From the IMG/VR virus record IMGVR_UViG_3300025413_001239: 64,000 bases of DNA; one strand, given 5' to 3'. The number at the start of each line of letters is the position of its first letter. Positions within the stretch are counted from its first letter, which is position 1. Below, in pieces: positions 29,236-39,189 of this stretch. A program made the translations under genes and the position numbers. The notes under the pieces are model-generated. The model saw only the letters and a program-made list of their open reading frames with translations, was not told the DNA's origin and searched no databases. Source of the DNA: a virus. Its lineage: Duplodnaviria; Caudoviricetes.

Positions 29236-29514
29236 AAAATAAATTTGGGGGTATAGAAATATACCCCTATATTTGCATCAAATTAATAATTATGGCAAAT
29301 ACATTAGAACAAAGAACGGTTTATTTAAACGGTAGAATGGTTACTGTTGGATTAACGGGTGATTTAGGTTATATTGCCATAAACGATACAAACATATATC
29401 CTGACGCTGATAGTCGTGAACAGCATAAAGAAACAATCATACCGTTAATTAATAAAGCTGATTTAAAGGCTTTAAAGGTTGCGATTGACGAGGTGTTAAT
29501 AAATAGTAAGTAAT

Positions 29515-30030
29515 ATGAATATTAAGTGTACGCATTGTGGTTCAACTAACATCAAGGCTATTGATAACGAGCCATTAGACTTCAATAACGAGACTTTCGA
29601 TAACGAGTTATATGTTAAGTTCGATTGTAATAATTGTGGCAAAGAATGTACGAAAGTATTCGATTTGAAGCCACAACACAAGAAGCTTGATGAGCTTGTT
29701 GATAGGGTTATCCACCATATCGAAAAGGACTTTAGAGACAAGGACTTAACTGCTGTTGATGATTTGTTAAAGTGTTGCCCAGTTAAAAACCTTGTGGCTT
29801 ATTTGCCTGAAGAGGAATGGGCTGAATTTAAACACCTATTGTTATAACAGTTTAATTAAACAGATATGCCCGAAGTAATTAAAATAGTTAAGGATTGTCC
29901 TTGTTGTGGGGATAATACCAAAGTAAAAAAGGATTTTGATTTTCCTGATACAATGTTATGTTGTGATAAGTGTGGTGCTGATTTTACTAATGATGGCGAG
30001 ATTATACTTGACCCTCGTTTAATTAAATAG
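29515..30030 (+). CDS. Two small zinc-ribbon proteins (29515-29847, 29866-30030)
   Basis: CTHC/CNNC and CPCC/CDKC pairs. Confidence 0.6.
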
Positions 30031-30122
30031 ATGTACACATTAGTGTACCATACGAGCGTGGATGCAGAAATATTTGGCTATATCAAATAAAGTCCTATAT
30101 TTGCACTCTAAACAAACAGAAT

Positions 30123-30959
30123 ATGAGTTATAGTATAATCTACGACAGAGCCTTTATCAAGGTTGACGACAAAAGAACAATACCCTTTCTATTGATGGGT
30201 AGTAACAACTGTTACGACTTAAACAATAAACGTGCTAGGGATTGGGAAAATGCTAGTTTTCATAGTAACGGTATCATTGGTGATAACGAAGCTATCATAA
30301 AGAGCATTGATGATTATCGTGCCAGTTTAATTGAACGGTATGACGGTGTAGAACGTAGTGATGTTTATGACGACAAGCATTTCGGGTACTTTACAAGCCT
30401 TGCCTTTTATGGTAAGGGTACTTGGAAAACAACGTTTTCAGCTTATAGAAGCTACTTTGCTAATGGCATTAAGACAGCTAGAACGATTGAGGAATATAAG
30501 GCGTTATGTATAACTTTTGACGTTAAAGTGTATGTTTGGGATAAACAAAAGGACTTTATTGATAAGGGTATCGAATACAAGGAACGTGTTCATATAAACG
30601 ATACACAACACTTGATTGATACGGTTAAGGAGTTTGAAGATTACTACAAGCCTTTCGGTTATATGGTTTATATAACTAGCCATATAAGCGAATATACAGC
30701 AAAGCGATTAAAGGCTAAAAGAGTACCTAAGCAAAAAGAAGTTAAGGACTTAACAAAAGTATGGGTGTTAGAGTGTTTAAATGTTAATGGTTACTTTGTT
30801 AAGAATGGTCGTAGAAGTTATCGTTATTCACCTTGGAGTGATAATGCTAAGAAGTTTATAACTGAAAGACAAGCACAAGGATACTTAAATAAAATGCTTA
30901 GAAATAAAGATATGTTTGAAGTTAAGCCACTTGAAGGTAGCTTTAAGGTATTGGTTTAA
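30123..30959 (+). CDS. Hypothetical protein
   Basis: Own promoter; terminator at ~30978-31020. Confidence 0.7.
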   Translation: MSYSIIYDRAFIKVDDKRTIPFLLMGSNNCYDLNNKRARDWENASFHSNGIIGDNEAIIKSIDDYRASLIERYDGVERSDVYDDKHFGYFTSLAFYGKGTWKTTFSAYRSYFANGIKTARTIEEYKALCITFDVKVYVWDKQKDFIDKGIEYKERVHINDTQHLIDTVKEFEDYYKPFGYMVYITSHISEYTAKRLKAKRVPKQKEVKDLTKVWVLECLNVNGYFVKNGRRSYRYSPWSDNAKKFITERQAQGYLNKMLRNKDMFEVKPLEGSFKVLV

Positions 30960-31025
30960 TTTCACATATATTCTGTAATACATACAAGGGAACGGTTTAT
31001 ACCGTAGCCCTTTTTTTTATACCTA

Positions 31026-31075
31026 TATGTTCCGCTGTCACGAGGACAGCGGACGAATGTACTCAAATGTGTATA
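31026..31075. repeat. Hairpin plus palindrome repeat-family member
   Basis: TCCGCTGTC-ACGAG-GACAGCGGA, then GTACTCAAATGTGTAT. Confidence 0.8.
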
Positions 31076-31789
31076 TTAGACTTTATTTCGTTTAACGTCA
31101 CGATTGTAATAGCTACACAACGGTTGTAAGTTGGTGTAATGGTTCAATTGAACCACTTCTTGTTCGGTTAGTGCGGAACTGTTAGGTATTTTATGGTCAA
31201 TATCCCAACCATAATTTGGAGTACCATTATACAACCCATAATTATCCCAGCTCATCCATGACTCAAATTTAGATTCAAGATGTTGTTTAAATTCTTCAAT
31301 TGTACAACCTAGTATTTCAGTTGTTTTTGATGGTTTATTAAACCCTTTAAGACGTAAAGCGGTTTGGATTCTTTTCCTAGTGGTTTCTTTAAGCCGATAA
31401 AGAATATCAGTTTCATACCTGTTTTTACGATAATTATAGGCATACATTGTAACAGCTTCTTTATTACGTTTTTTATATTCATTACTATATGCTTTAATCT
31501 TTTCAGCGTTTTCCTGATAACGAATTTTATTATACTCACTTTTTTTAACCTTAGTTAGTTCATAGTATTGGTTTAATTTAACCGTGTTAGCTTCTCGATA
31601 CTTAACGTTATACTCACGTTTTTTATCCTTATCATAACTAGCTTTAGTACGTTTTAAAACTTTATCTTTATTAGCTTCATAATATTGCTTTGACTTTTCA
31701 GTTATAGATTGTTTATTAGCTTCATAATAGAGTTTTTTTCTTAGTTTAATAGCTTCTTTTTGTTCTGGTGTATATGTTCTTTTTGCCAT
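31076..31789 (-). CDS. HNH homing endonuclease with EANK repeats
   Basis: LGCTIEEFKQHLE...WDIDHKIP...LNHYTNLQPL. Confidence 0.85.
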   Translation of the reverse strand: MAKRTYTPEQKEAIKLRKKLYYEANKQSITEKSKQYYEANKDKVLKRTKASYDKDKKREYNVKYREANTVKLNQYYELTKVKKSEYNKIRYQENAEKIKAYSNEYKKRNKEAVTMYAYNYRKNRYETDILYRLKETTRKRIQTALRLKGFNKPSKTTEILGCTIEEFKQHLESKFESWMSWDNYGLYNGTPNYGWDIDHKIPNSSALTEQEVVQLNHYTNLQPLCSYYNRDVKRNKV

Positions 31790-31791
31790 AG

Positions 31792-31962
31792 TTATAGTGG
31801 TATTTCAGTTATGTGTTTATTTTTAAATAAGTCTTTAGCGATTAAGTTTTCGATATACTTAGATTTGTTATTATATAGTTCATCAACTTTTTGCATTATT
31901 AATGGGTTAATTGAAACTGTTACAGTAACCTTTTTTTCCTTTTCATCTAGTTTTTTTCTCAT
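31792..31962 (-). CDS. Small ribbon-helix-helix-like protein (56 aa)
   Basis: KKVTVTVSINP...NKSKYIENLI; ATATTTAT motif upstream. Confidence 0.55.
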   Translation of the reverse strand: MRKKLDEKEKKVTVTVSINPLIMQKVDELYNNKSKYIENLIAKDLFKNKHITEIPL

Positions 31963-32097
31963 AGTGTTCTTTATTATAAATATATTAAAACATAAGAAAA
32001 AGTCAAGAAAAAAATAAGAATTTTAAAAAATAAATTTGGCGGTATAAAAAATAGCCGTACATTTGCATCATTATTAACAATTTAAAGATTTAAAAAA

Positions 32098-32922
32098 ATG
32101 GAACAAGTATTAGAAATTAAGGAGTTTACAAAAGACCTTTTAGGTGACACAGCCACTGTAAGGGCTAATTCAACTAGGGGTGAAGAAGTTATTAAAATTG
32201 CACTTGACAAAATTGTTGTTAGGGATAATTTTAACGTTAGGCAAAATTATGGTAACTTGGAAGAATTAGCTTACTCAATGATTGAGAATGGTCAAGTAAT
32301 GCCTGGTCATGTTGATGTTCTTGCCGATGGTCGTTTCGTTTTAACTGATGGACACAGAAGGTTTAAAGCCTTAAAACTATTGGCTGAAATGGGTCACGAA
32401 CCTTTATTTAAGGCGATTGTGAACCCTAAAAAAATGACAGAAGAGCAAAGGATTCTTCAAGTATTTACTACGCAAGATAACAAGCCTTTAGAACCAAACG
32501 AAGTTGCGGAACTAATTAACCGTTTAATTAATTTGGGGTACAAACAAACCGATGTTGCGAAACGTATTGGGCGTACAGGTGCATACGTTTCACAGATGCT
32601 TAACTATGTTACTGAAAGTCCTTTGATTAAAGAAGAAGTTAAAGAAGGCAATATTACAGTTGCAGCTGTTTTGGATTTGCAAAAGAAGATACCCAATAAA
32701 GAAGAAAGGGTTAAGGCAGTTAAGGATGCTGTTGCAAAGAAAAAAGAAGAAACGAAAGACGATAAGAAACCAACGCCAGTTTCAGCAAATGAAGTAATTG
32801 GTAAAAAAGATAAGGGTGCTATTGCTTTTGAGATTGTGTGTTTAATTGAACAGGCTTATAGCGAAGAACTTGAAGGTGCTGATTTGAAAATGATGGTTAG
32901 CATTATTAAGGGTTATCTTTAA
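32098..32922 (+). CDS. parB: ParB/Spo0J-like protein
   Basis: NVRQ, LEELAYSM, TDGHRRFKA CTPase motif; HTH KQTDVAKRIGRTGAYVSQML. Confidence 0.85.
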   Translation: MEQVLEIKEFTKDLLGDTATVRANSTRGEEVIKIALDKIVVRDNFNVRQNYGNLEELAYSMIENGQVMPGHVDVLADGRFVLTDGHRRFKALKLLAEMGHEPLFKAIVNPKKMTEEQRILQVFTTQDNKPLEPNEVAELINRLINLGYKQTDVAKRIGRTGAYVSQMLNYVTESPLIKEEVKEGNITVAAVLDLQKKIPNKEERVKAVKDAVAKKKEETKDDKKPTPVSANEVIGKKDKGAIAFEIVCLIEQAYSEELEGADLKMMVSIIKGYL

Positions 32923-33066
32923 TGGTTTAATTGAATAGGTTAAAGTGGGATAGTAGAAATACTATCCCATTTTTATTTTAAGAACTTAATAAAAATAAAT
33001 TTGCTCATATCAAATATACTAGTATATTTGCATTCTAATTAATTAACAATCTAAAAATTACAGATT

Positions 33067-33918
33067 ATGACAAAGGTACACGAAAGTTTTAAGTTAGTTT
33101 CTAAGGCTATTAGCCACAAAGGGGAATCAGGTATTAAGGTAGAAATTCCTGCTATCTACGAAACTACAAATGAAGATGTGATTAAATTCAGTCACGTTAA
33201 CAGGTTAACTAAAATCAATGGAATTATTACTTTGGGTAATAGTCTTATTGAACTAGCCCACAATCTTAGGGATATAGTTGTTGCTAAGATTGGTGATGAT
33301 TTTTACTACATTGATGGACAGCATTTGGCTAAAGCCTTATTCAAATTGGGGTTGCCAATAAGGTTTAAATTGGTTTATTTAAACGATGAAGAAGAAGCCC
33401 TTAAATTCATTACTAAAATGAATAGTAGTGCTAGAAATTGGTCTTTGAAGCAGTACATTGAAAGTTATTCAAAGGTTAATAAAGACTTGGTTTATTTAAA
33501 CGAGTTAAATGCTCAAACAAGTGTTAGTTATAGTACATTAGGTATTGTGCTAACTAATCAATCAATGTCCTATGTTAAGAAATCAATAAAGGATGGTACT
33601 TTCAAAATAACCGAAAAGAAGGCAGCAAAAATAAGAGTTGATGTTGTGATTAACTTTTATCAAATTACGGGTGTAAAGGTATCTCAATATTGCACTCACG
33701 GACTAATTGACTTTATTAAGAACTTACCAAACGGCTTGAATGATTACTTAGCTAATGAAGGTAGATTTTTAGCTGTTGTGGAATGTGGTAAAATCGTGCC
33801 AAAAGTACCACTAGGGCAACGTGAAACCTATGTCGAATTATTTTCAAAGTGTTGGAATAAAAGCAAAGGTGGTAAATTTAAAGCCTTAAAAGAAAGGTTG
33901 GCAGAAATGGAAAATTAA
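33067..33918 (+). CDS. ParB/Srx-fold (DGQH-type) protein
   Basis: YYIDGQHLAKAL; MNSSARNWSL. Confidence 0.6.
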   Translation: MTKVHESFKLVSKAISHKGESGIKVEIPAIYETTNEDVIKFSHVNRLTKINGIITLGNSLIELAHNLRDIVVAKIGDDFYYIDGQHLAKALFKLGLPIRFKLVYLNDEEEALKFITKMNSSARNWSLKQYIESYSKVNKDLVYLNELNAQTSVSYSTLGIVLTNQSMSYVKKSIKDGTFKITEKKAAKIRVDVVINFYQITGVKVSQYCTHGLIDFIKNLPNGLNDYLANEGRFLAVVECGKIVPKVPLGQRETYVELFSKCWNKSKGGKFKALKERLAEMEN

Positions 33919-35552
33919 TGGTTTAAATAAATGGGAAAGCCTAAAAAACTTTCCCATTTTTATAAAATAAATTTGCTCATATCAAATATACTAGTATATT
34001 TGCATTCTAATTACTTAACAATCTAAAAATTACAGATTATGACAATTTACGAACAAACGAAAAAAGATGCTTTAGAATTTATTCAGAATGGTGGTAAAGC
34101 ACAACAAGCTACTAATGAAAATCAAAGATTGGTTGCTGAGAATATTTTAGATTTTCTAAGGTTTAATGGCTTAAATGTTGTATTAGTGGCTGATGGTTGT
34201 GTTATTGATATTCACGTTCAAGTTTATAACGCATTTCAAGATTCAAAGCATAATGGGGTCGTGAGGGTATTCTACAAGTCTGCTAGTGATGTTATAAAAA
34301 ATAATAAGGTGCAGTATTTACCTTCGTTAATTACTAATAGTATTGTAGGTTATACAAGAGAATGGAAAGACTTTAACGGCAATGATGAGTTATTGGGTTT
34401 AATTAAACAAGAAATATTTGAGGTCTATAAATACAAAATTAAAAAATAAATTTGCTCATATCAAAAATACTCATATCTTTGCATCACAATAAAACAGAAT
34501 ATATGTTAAGTAGTTTAATCAAAAGAAATGCAGGTTCAAATGAACCAAAGTCGTTAAGGGTTGGTAATAGTACTTTTCCCGAAAATCAACCTAGCTTAAA
34601 TGAATCATTAAAGATTGGTAAAACTGTATTACCCAACAACCAACCTAGTTTAAATGAATGGTGTAAAGAATTTAAAGTCTCTAGTCGTGTTCCAAAATAT
34701 TCGCAATTTTCACATCACGGTTAATATAACTGCATAACGGTTGAAGATTGGTGTAATGGTTAAGAAAACTGAAAGGGGTTACCGAAAGGTAACTCTTTTT
34801 AGTTTAATTAAACAGGTAAAAATAAATTTGTTTATATCAAATTAAGTCCTTAACTTTGCAGTAAATAAAACAGATTATGATAGAAACACTTTTAACTTTC
34901 TTTTTGATGGGTATGGTTTATATAAATGGGGTTAAGCCATTACAAGGCTTTAAGGATAAGCCTTTCAGCGAAAAAAGACGCATTGTCTTGTCATTAAGAG
35001 ATATGGATTAAAAATAAATTTGGCTGAATCAAATTAAGTCCTTAACTTTGCAGTAAATAAAACATACAGAATATGGCTAAGAAACTTGTTAGACTTACAA
35101 CCCATCAAATAATTGATGAAACGGTTGCGTTTTACGAAAAAAATATTCGAGCAAAACAAGACAATTGGTGCGAGTATCTAACTGATGATGGTAGAATGTG
35201 TGCCGTTGGTAGATGCTTAACCCCTAAGAGTTTGCAGATAGCCCAAACAGAATTTGGAGGTAAGGACTTTGGTAGCTTAAACTTGAATAGGATTAAGTTT
35301 AAGGCTCAATATACAGGTAAATGTGACGACTTTTGGTCATCACTACAAAGCCTACACGATAGCGAGAAATATTGGAATGGTAACCATTTAAGTTATATGG
35401 GTGAAATTAAGGTTAAAGCCTTAAAAGAACGATTTGCAAATATTTAATCAAAAATGCTTGTATATGAATAAAACAATTTGGATTGGTATATCAATTATTG
35501 TTTCAGTTGAATTAATTGGTATTCTTATGGGTTTAATTAAACTAATAAACTA

Positions 35553-35690
35553 ATGAAAATTTTAATGTGTTTGGCACTAGTAGTGCTGTTAACAAGTTGT
35601 TCATTCAAGAACTTACACCGAGTACATAAGGGAGATAAGATATATCGCCCACCTTGTAATTGTGGTCCACACTTTGGTCCGTTTAATTAA
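35553..35690 (+). CDS. Small lipoprotein (45 aa)
   Basis: MKILMCLALVVLLTSC lipobox. Confidence 0.55.
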   Translation: MKILMCLALVVLLTSCSFKNLHRVHKGDKIYRPPCNCGPHFGPFN

Positions 35691-35753
35691 ACAGGTAAAA
35701 ATAAATTTGGTTGATTGAAATTAATTCCTTAATTTTGTTGAAAATTACAGATT

Positions 35754-36062
35754 ATGATTAAAGCAATTAAGATTGATGTTCAGAACAGAACAGTTACTGA
35801 GGTTGAAATTCAAAACAACTTGGAAGCCTATTATAAGGAGATAGGCTGCGATTTAGTTGAGTTTGTTAAGGTCGATGAGGTTAACGACCTTATGGTTGAT
35901 GAAGAGGGTTTATTCACAAAGAATCCATTCTTTATAATGGAAGGCTTATATCAACCAATGAGAGGCAACGGCTTAATAGTTGGGGTTGATTTTGAAGAGG
36001 GTGAAACCATAAGCACAACCCTTACAGTAGATGAAGTAAAAGCAAGAGTACACTTTGTATAG
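35754..36062 (+). CDS. DUF3846-like protein
   Basis: IGCDLVE...MVDEEGL...GNGLIVG. Confidence 0.65.
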   Translation: MIKAIKIDVQNRTVTEVEIQNNLEAYYKEIGCDLVEFVKVDEVNDLMVDEEGLFTKNPFFIMEGLYQPMRGNGLIVGVDFEEGETISTTLTVDEVKARVHFV

Positions 36063-36114
36063 ACACTTTTGTACTTTTTTGATTTTTCGTTATATTTATT
36101 AATAAATAGATATA

Positions 36115-36759
36115 ATGAAAAATCAAAAATTAACAAGTGAAGAACGCAAAGCAAAAAAAATTGAAGCTAATAAAGCTTATCGAGAAGCTAATAAAATTAA
36201 ATTAACCGAAACAAATAAAGCAAAATACGAAGCTAATAAGGTTAAGATAGCTGAAAGAGCTAAAATTTATTATGAAGCTAATAAAGCTAAGATAATTGAA
36301 AAAAAACAATTATATATCCAACTTAATAAAGAAACTATTGCAGCTAAGAAAAAAGCTTATTATGAAGCTAATAAAGAAAAGTTAAATAAATTAACTAGAG
36401 ATTGGGTTAAAAATAAATTAGCTACCGACCCTTTATATAAATTGAAAGCGAATATAAGAACTTTAGTCGGGAACTCTATTCGTAGAAACGGTTATAAAAA
36501 GTTAAGTAAAACCCATTTAATTTTAGGTTGCACATTTGAACAATTCAAAGAACATTTAGAGTCACAATTTGAGCCGTGGATGAATTGGAATAACCGTGGG
36601 TTATATAATGGTACTGAAAATTATGGTTGGGATATTGACCACATTATACCAGTATCTAGCGGCTTAACTGAACAAGAAGTGGTTCAATTAAACCATTATA
36701 CCAACTTAAAACCTCTATGTAGTTATATAAACCGTGACGTTAAAATAAATAAGGTATAA
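36115..36759 (+). CDS. HNH homing endonuclease, paralog of 31076-31789
   Basis: EANK repeats; LGCTFEQFKEHLE...WDIDHIIP...LNHYTNLKPL. Confidence 0.85.
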   Translation: MKNQKLTSEERKAKKIEANKAYREANKIKLTETNKAKYEANKVKIAERAKIYYEANKAKIIEKKQLYIQLNKETIAAKKKAYYEANKEKLNKLTRDWVKNKLATDPLYKLKANIRTLVGNSIRRNGYKKLSKTHLILGCTFEQFKEHLESQFEPWMNWNNRGLYNGTENYGWDIDHIIPVSSGLTEQEVVQLNHYTNLKPLCSYINRDVKINKV

Positions 36760-36994
36760 CATACACTTTTGTGTACACAAGGACGTTCGGTGCATTGAAT
36801 ACAAATAACCCCCAACCGATTTGATTGGGGGTTTATTTAAACCTATTAAGGTTCATTCATAAAGTCAGAAATGTTTAATGGTTCAATCAATTCCTCGCAT
36901 TGAATGAACAAGTCAAAATCATCATAATCCAAAAGCATAGCTGTTTATTTAAACGTAAAAAAATAGGGGTGCGATTGCTCACACCCCAGAGTTA

Positions 36995-37255
36995 TTATTT
37001 GATGGCTGCTTTCAATTCAGCCTTTAATCTCTTAGCATCTTCGCCCTTGAAGGTTGAAGCATTACCTAAGAAATAAATTACAATGCTTTCAGCTGTATCA
37101 TAGCCATAAGCATCGTTTTTGTCTTGTAGGGTGCATAAAGCATCTAAATAAGGCTTTGCACCAAAGTAAACCTTTGCACCCCAAACACGCTTAATTTCAC
37201 GTCCTATAACACATAAAGAACGAAAGTTAACTACTGCATTTTTTGTCTTTGTCAT
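36995..37255 (-). CDS. Conserved phage protein (start moved to ATG 37255)
   Basis: FGAKPYLDAL...YFLGNASTFKGEDAKRLKAELK. Confidence 0.7.
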   Translation of the reverse strand: MTKTKNAVVNFRSLCVIGREIKRVWGAKVYFGAKPYLDALCTLQDKNDAYGYDTAESIVIYFLGNASTFKGEDAKRLKAELKAAIK

Positions 37256-37433
37256 AAACTGTAATTTTATTAAGTGATTAAGAAATTTCAGCAAAGATAA
37301 GTAGTTTATTTAAACCAACAAATTTATTTTATCCCTTTTTATAAACCTATTAACATAACTACAATAAGGGCGTATATTTATACGATTTTTTAAAAAGTTT
37401 TTGTTTATGTTATTTTACACCCTTATCTTTGCA

Positions 37434-37500
37434 ATGTTATTATAACAGGACGACATAAAAAATCGGGAGGTGTACTCCACTATGCGCTTTATTTTTATAT
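37434..37500 (+). ncRNA. Candidate small RNA, copy 3 (ends approximate)
   Basis: Promoter TATCTTTG at 37424; ACAGGACGA...ATCGGGAGGTGTACTCC core. Confidence 0.5.
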
Positions 37501-37667
37501 AACCATACATACGTTGGAATTTACAATATTATTCTAATACCGCCAAATAAAGTTATCCCCAAAATGATTTTTAAAATGTGGATAACTTTATTGCAGTTTA
37601 TTTAAACCATAACCTATCTTTGCTGAAATTTATTAACCGCTTCGAGAGAAGCACAATATTACAGATT

Positions 37668-38534
37668 ATGAAATATGTTAATTTAAAAGGTCAAAAATTA
37701 CAAAATGATGACGTGTTCCCAACAGTAGAAATTAAGTCATTTAGCGAGGCAATTAACCTCAAAACTAGGAAAGGTTATGATAATTTAGTTATCAGTAACG
37801 GCGAAGTAGTTAACGTTTGTAGTGATAGTTATGCACTACTTAAAAATGAAGACTTTTTTTTAAAGGTAGAAGAAAAGTTAATTGTTGACGCTGATGTAGA
37901 ATACACTAAAAGGAGTATAAACCGAAATAACCGTTCTTTTGCGGTTGATTACATTTTAAATGACGATAGGTATGATATTGTAATTAATAGCGGCAAAAAG
38001 GACGTTATTAAACCAATGCTTCGCTTTGTTAACTCTTATGATGGTAGTGCCAAAACAAAGGGTTCTTTTGGGTATTTTAGACAAGTTTGCACTAATGGTT
38101 TACACATTGCTGAAACAATGTTAAACTTTGATGTTAAACATAGGGGTGCAATAGCTGAAATAGTTCTCCCTAAGATGGATAACCTAATTTCAAATTTTAT
38201 GGAAAACGAATACTACACGTTAAAAAGTAAAGCTGAAACCCTTACAAATAGCAAAATTAGTGATGTAGCTAAATTTGTACAGGATATTTGTAAAAAAACC
38301 AATATCTTTAAATTTGAAAAAAGCGAAAAGAACCCCGAACCTTCAAAGTACGCTGAACAGGTAATAAACACAATTTTTAGTGAGGCAAATTACCTAAACG
38401 TTGTACCTAATTTGTGGCTGGGTTATAACTCATTTAATTCAATCCTTACCGATGGAACGTTTAGCAAAACATTCGAGAAAGAAACCGAATTTGATAACCT
38501 TATATTCAATAGGGTGCTTGAAATGGCAGGTTAA
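37668..38534 (+). CDS. DUF932-family protein, copy 2 (start ATG 37668)
   Basis: YALLKNEDFF, VNSYDGS, RQVCTNGL, LWLGYNSFN motifs. Confidence 0.75.
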   Translation: MKYVNLKGQKLQNDDVFPTVEIKSFSEAINLKTRKGYDNLVISNGEVVNVCSDSYALLKNEDFFLKVEEKLIVDADVEYTKRSINRNNRSFAVDYILNDDRYDIVINSGKKDVIKPMLRFVNSYDGSAKTKGSFGYFRQVCTNGLHIAETMLNFDVKHRGAIAEIVLPKMDNLISNFMENEYYTLKSKAETLTNSKISDVAKFVQDICKKTNIFKFEKSEKNPEPSKYAEQVINTIFSEANYLNVVPNLWLGYNSFNSILTDGTFSKTFEKETEFDNLIFNRVLEMAG

Positions 38535-38839
38535 GTACTTAACCGCTTAAAAGTAAGGGTAACAGAAATGTTACCCTTTTTTTATGCCCTTAACTATCCA
38601 TGTACACTAATGTGTACCATACGTGTGAAAATAGCCGTTTTTAGCCCATTTTGAGCCGTTTATTACCAAAATAAGGTAATCATATTAACAGCTTTATTTT
38701 AAGCCAAATTTGAGCCTTAAAATCAATTCTTTGATTACAATAAACCTATTTTTGCACAATAAAGCTATTAACTTTATTATAAGCCTATTAACTTTATTAA
38801 CCACTTAACAAAACATAAAAAAATCTTATGTTAGTAAAA

Positions 38840-39189
38840 TGTGGATAATTTTTAGATGTTAATAACTATGTGGATAAAATGTGGATAAGTACTTAGTAAC
38901 ATTTGTGGATAACTTATGTGGATAAAATGTGAATAACTTTTTTACTTATCCACATTTGTTAATAACGTATGCGGATAAAATGTGGATAACTTTTTTTGGT
39001 GGTATGAAAAAAAAGTTGTACCTTGCATCCGCATAGGCACATATATAAAAAAATAAAAGGCAGGTCGGAGTACACCTCCCGATGTCCTTTAGAACTATCG
39101 TCTTGTTATATTAACACTGCAAAGATATAGCAGCAAAATGACATGGACAAAAAAAGTTATCCACATAAGTAAAATAAAAATGTGGATAA
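38840..39189. promoter_or_regulatory. Dense DnaA-box cluster (oriC-like)
   Basis: Perfect TTATCCACA/TGTGGATAA at 38840, 38869, 38880, 38904, 38917, 38946, 38981, 39157, 39181; TGTGAATAA at 38928; near-matches at 38857, 38957, 38970. Confidence 0.88.
39045..39117 (-). ncRNA. Candidate small RNA, copy 2 (ends approximate)
   Basis: Full TTTG-N20-TATCTTTG promoter; conserved body; ends in a T-run; no ORF. Confidence 0.55.

Noticed and set aside
23325-39117. The triplicated small RNA as a solitary CRISPR-repeat mimic (Racr)
   Set aside because: I could not match it to any CRISPR repeat I recognise; a repeat-database search is needed to exclude this fully.
38840-39189. Window is a bacterial chromosome with a true oriC
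   Set aside because: No dnaA, dnaN, gyrB or other origin-flanking housekeeping genes; the context (HNH nucleases, GP88-like, DUF932, KTSC, PcfJ-like, micro-genes) is phage-like.
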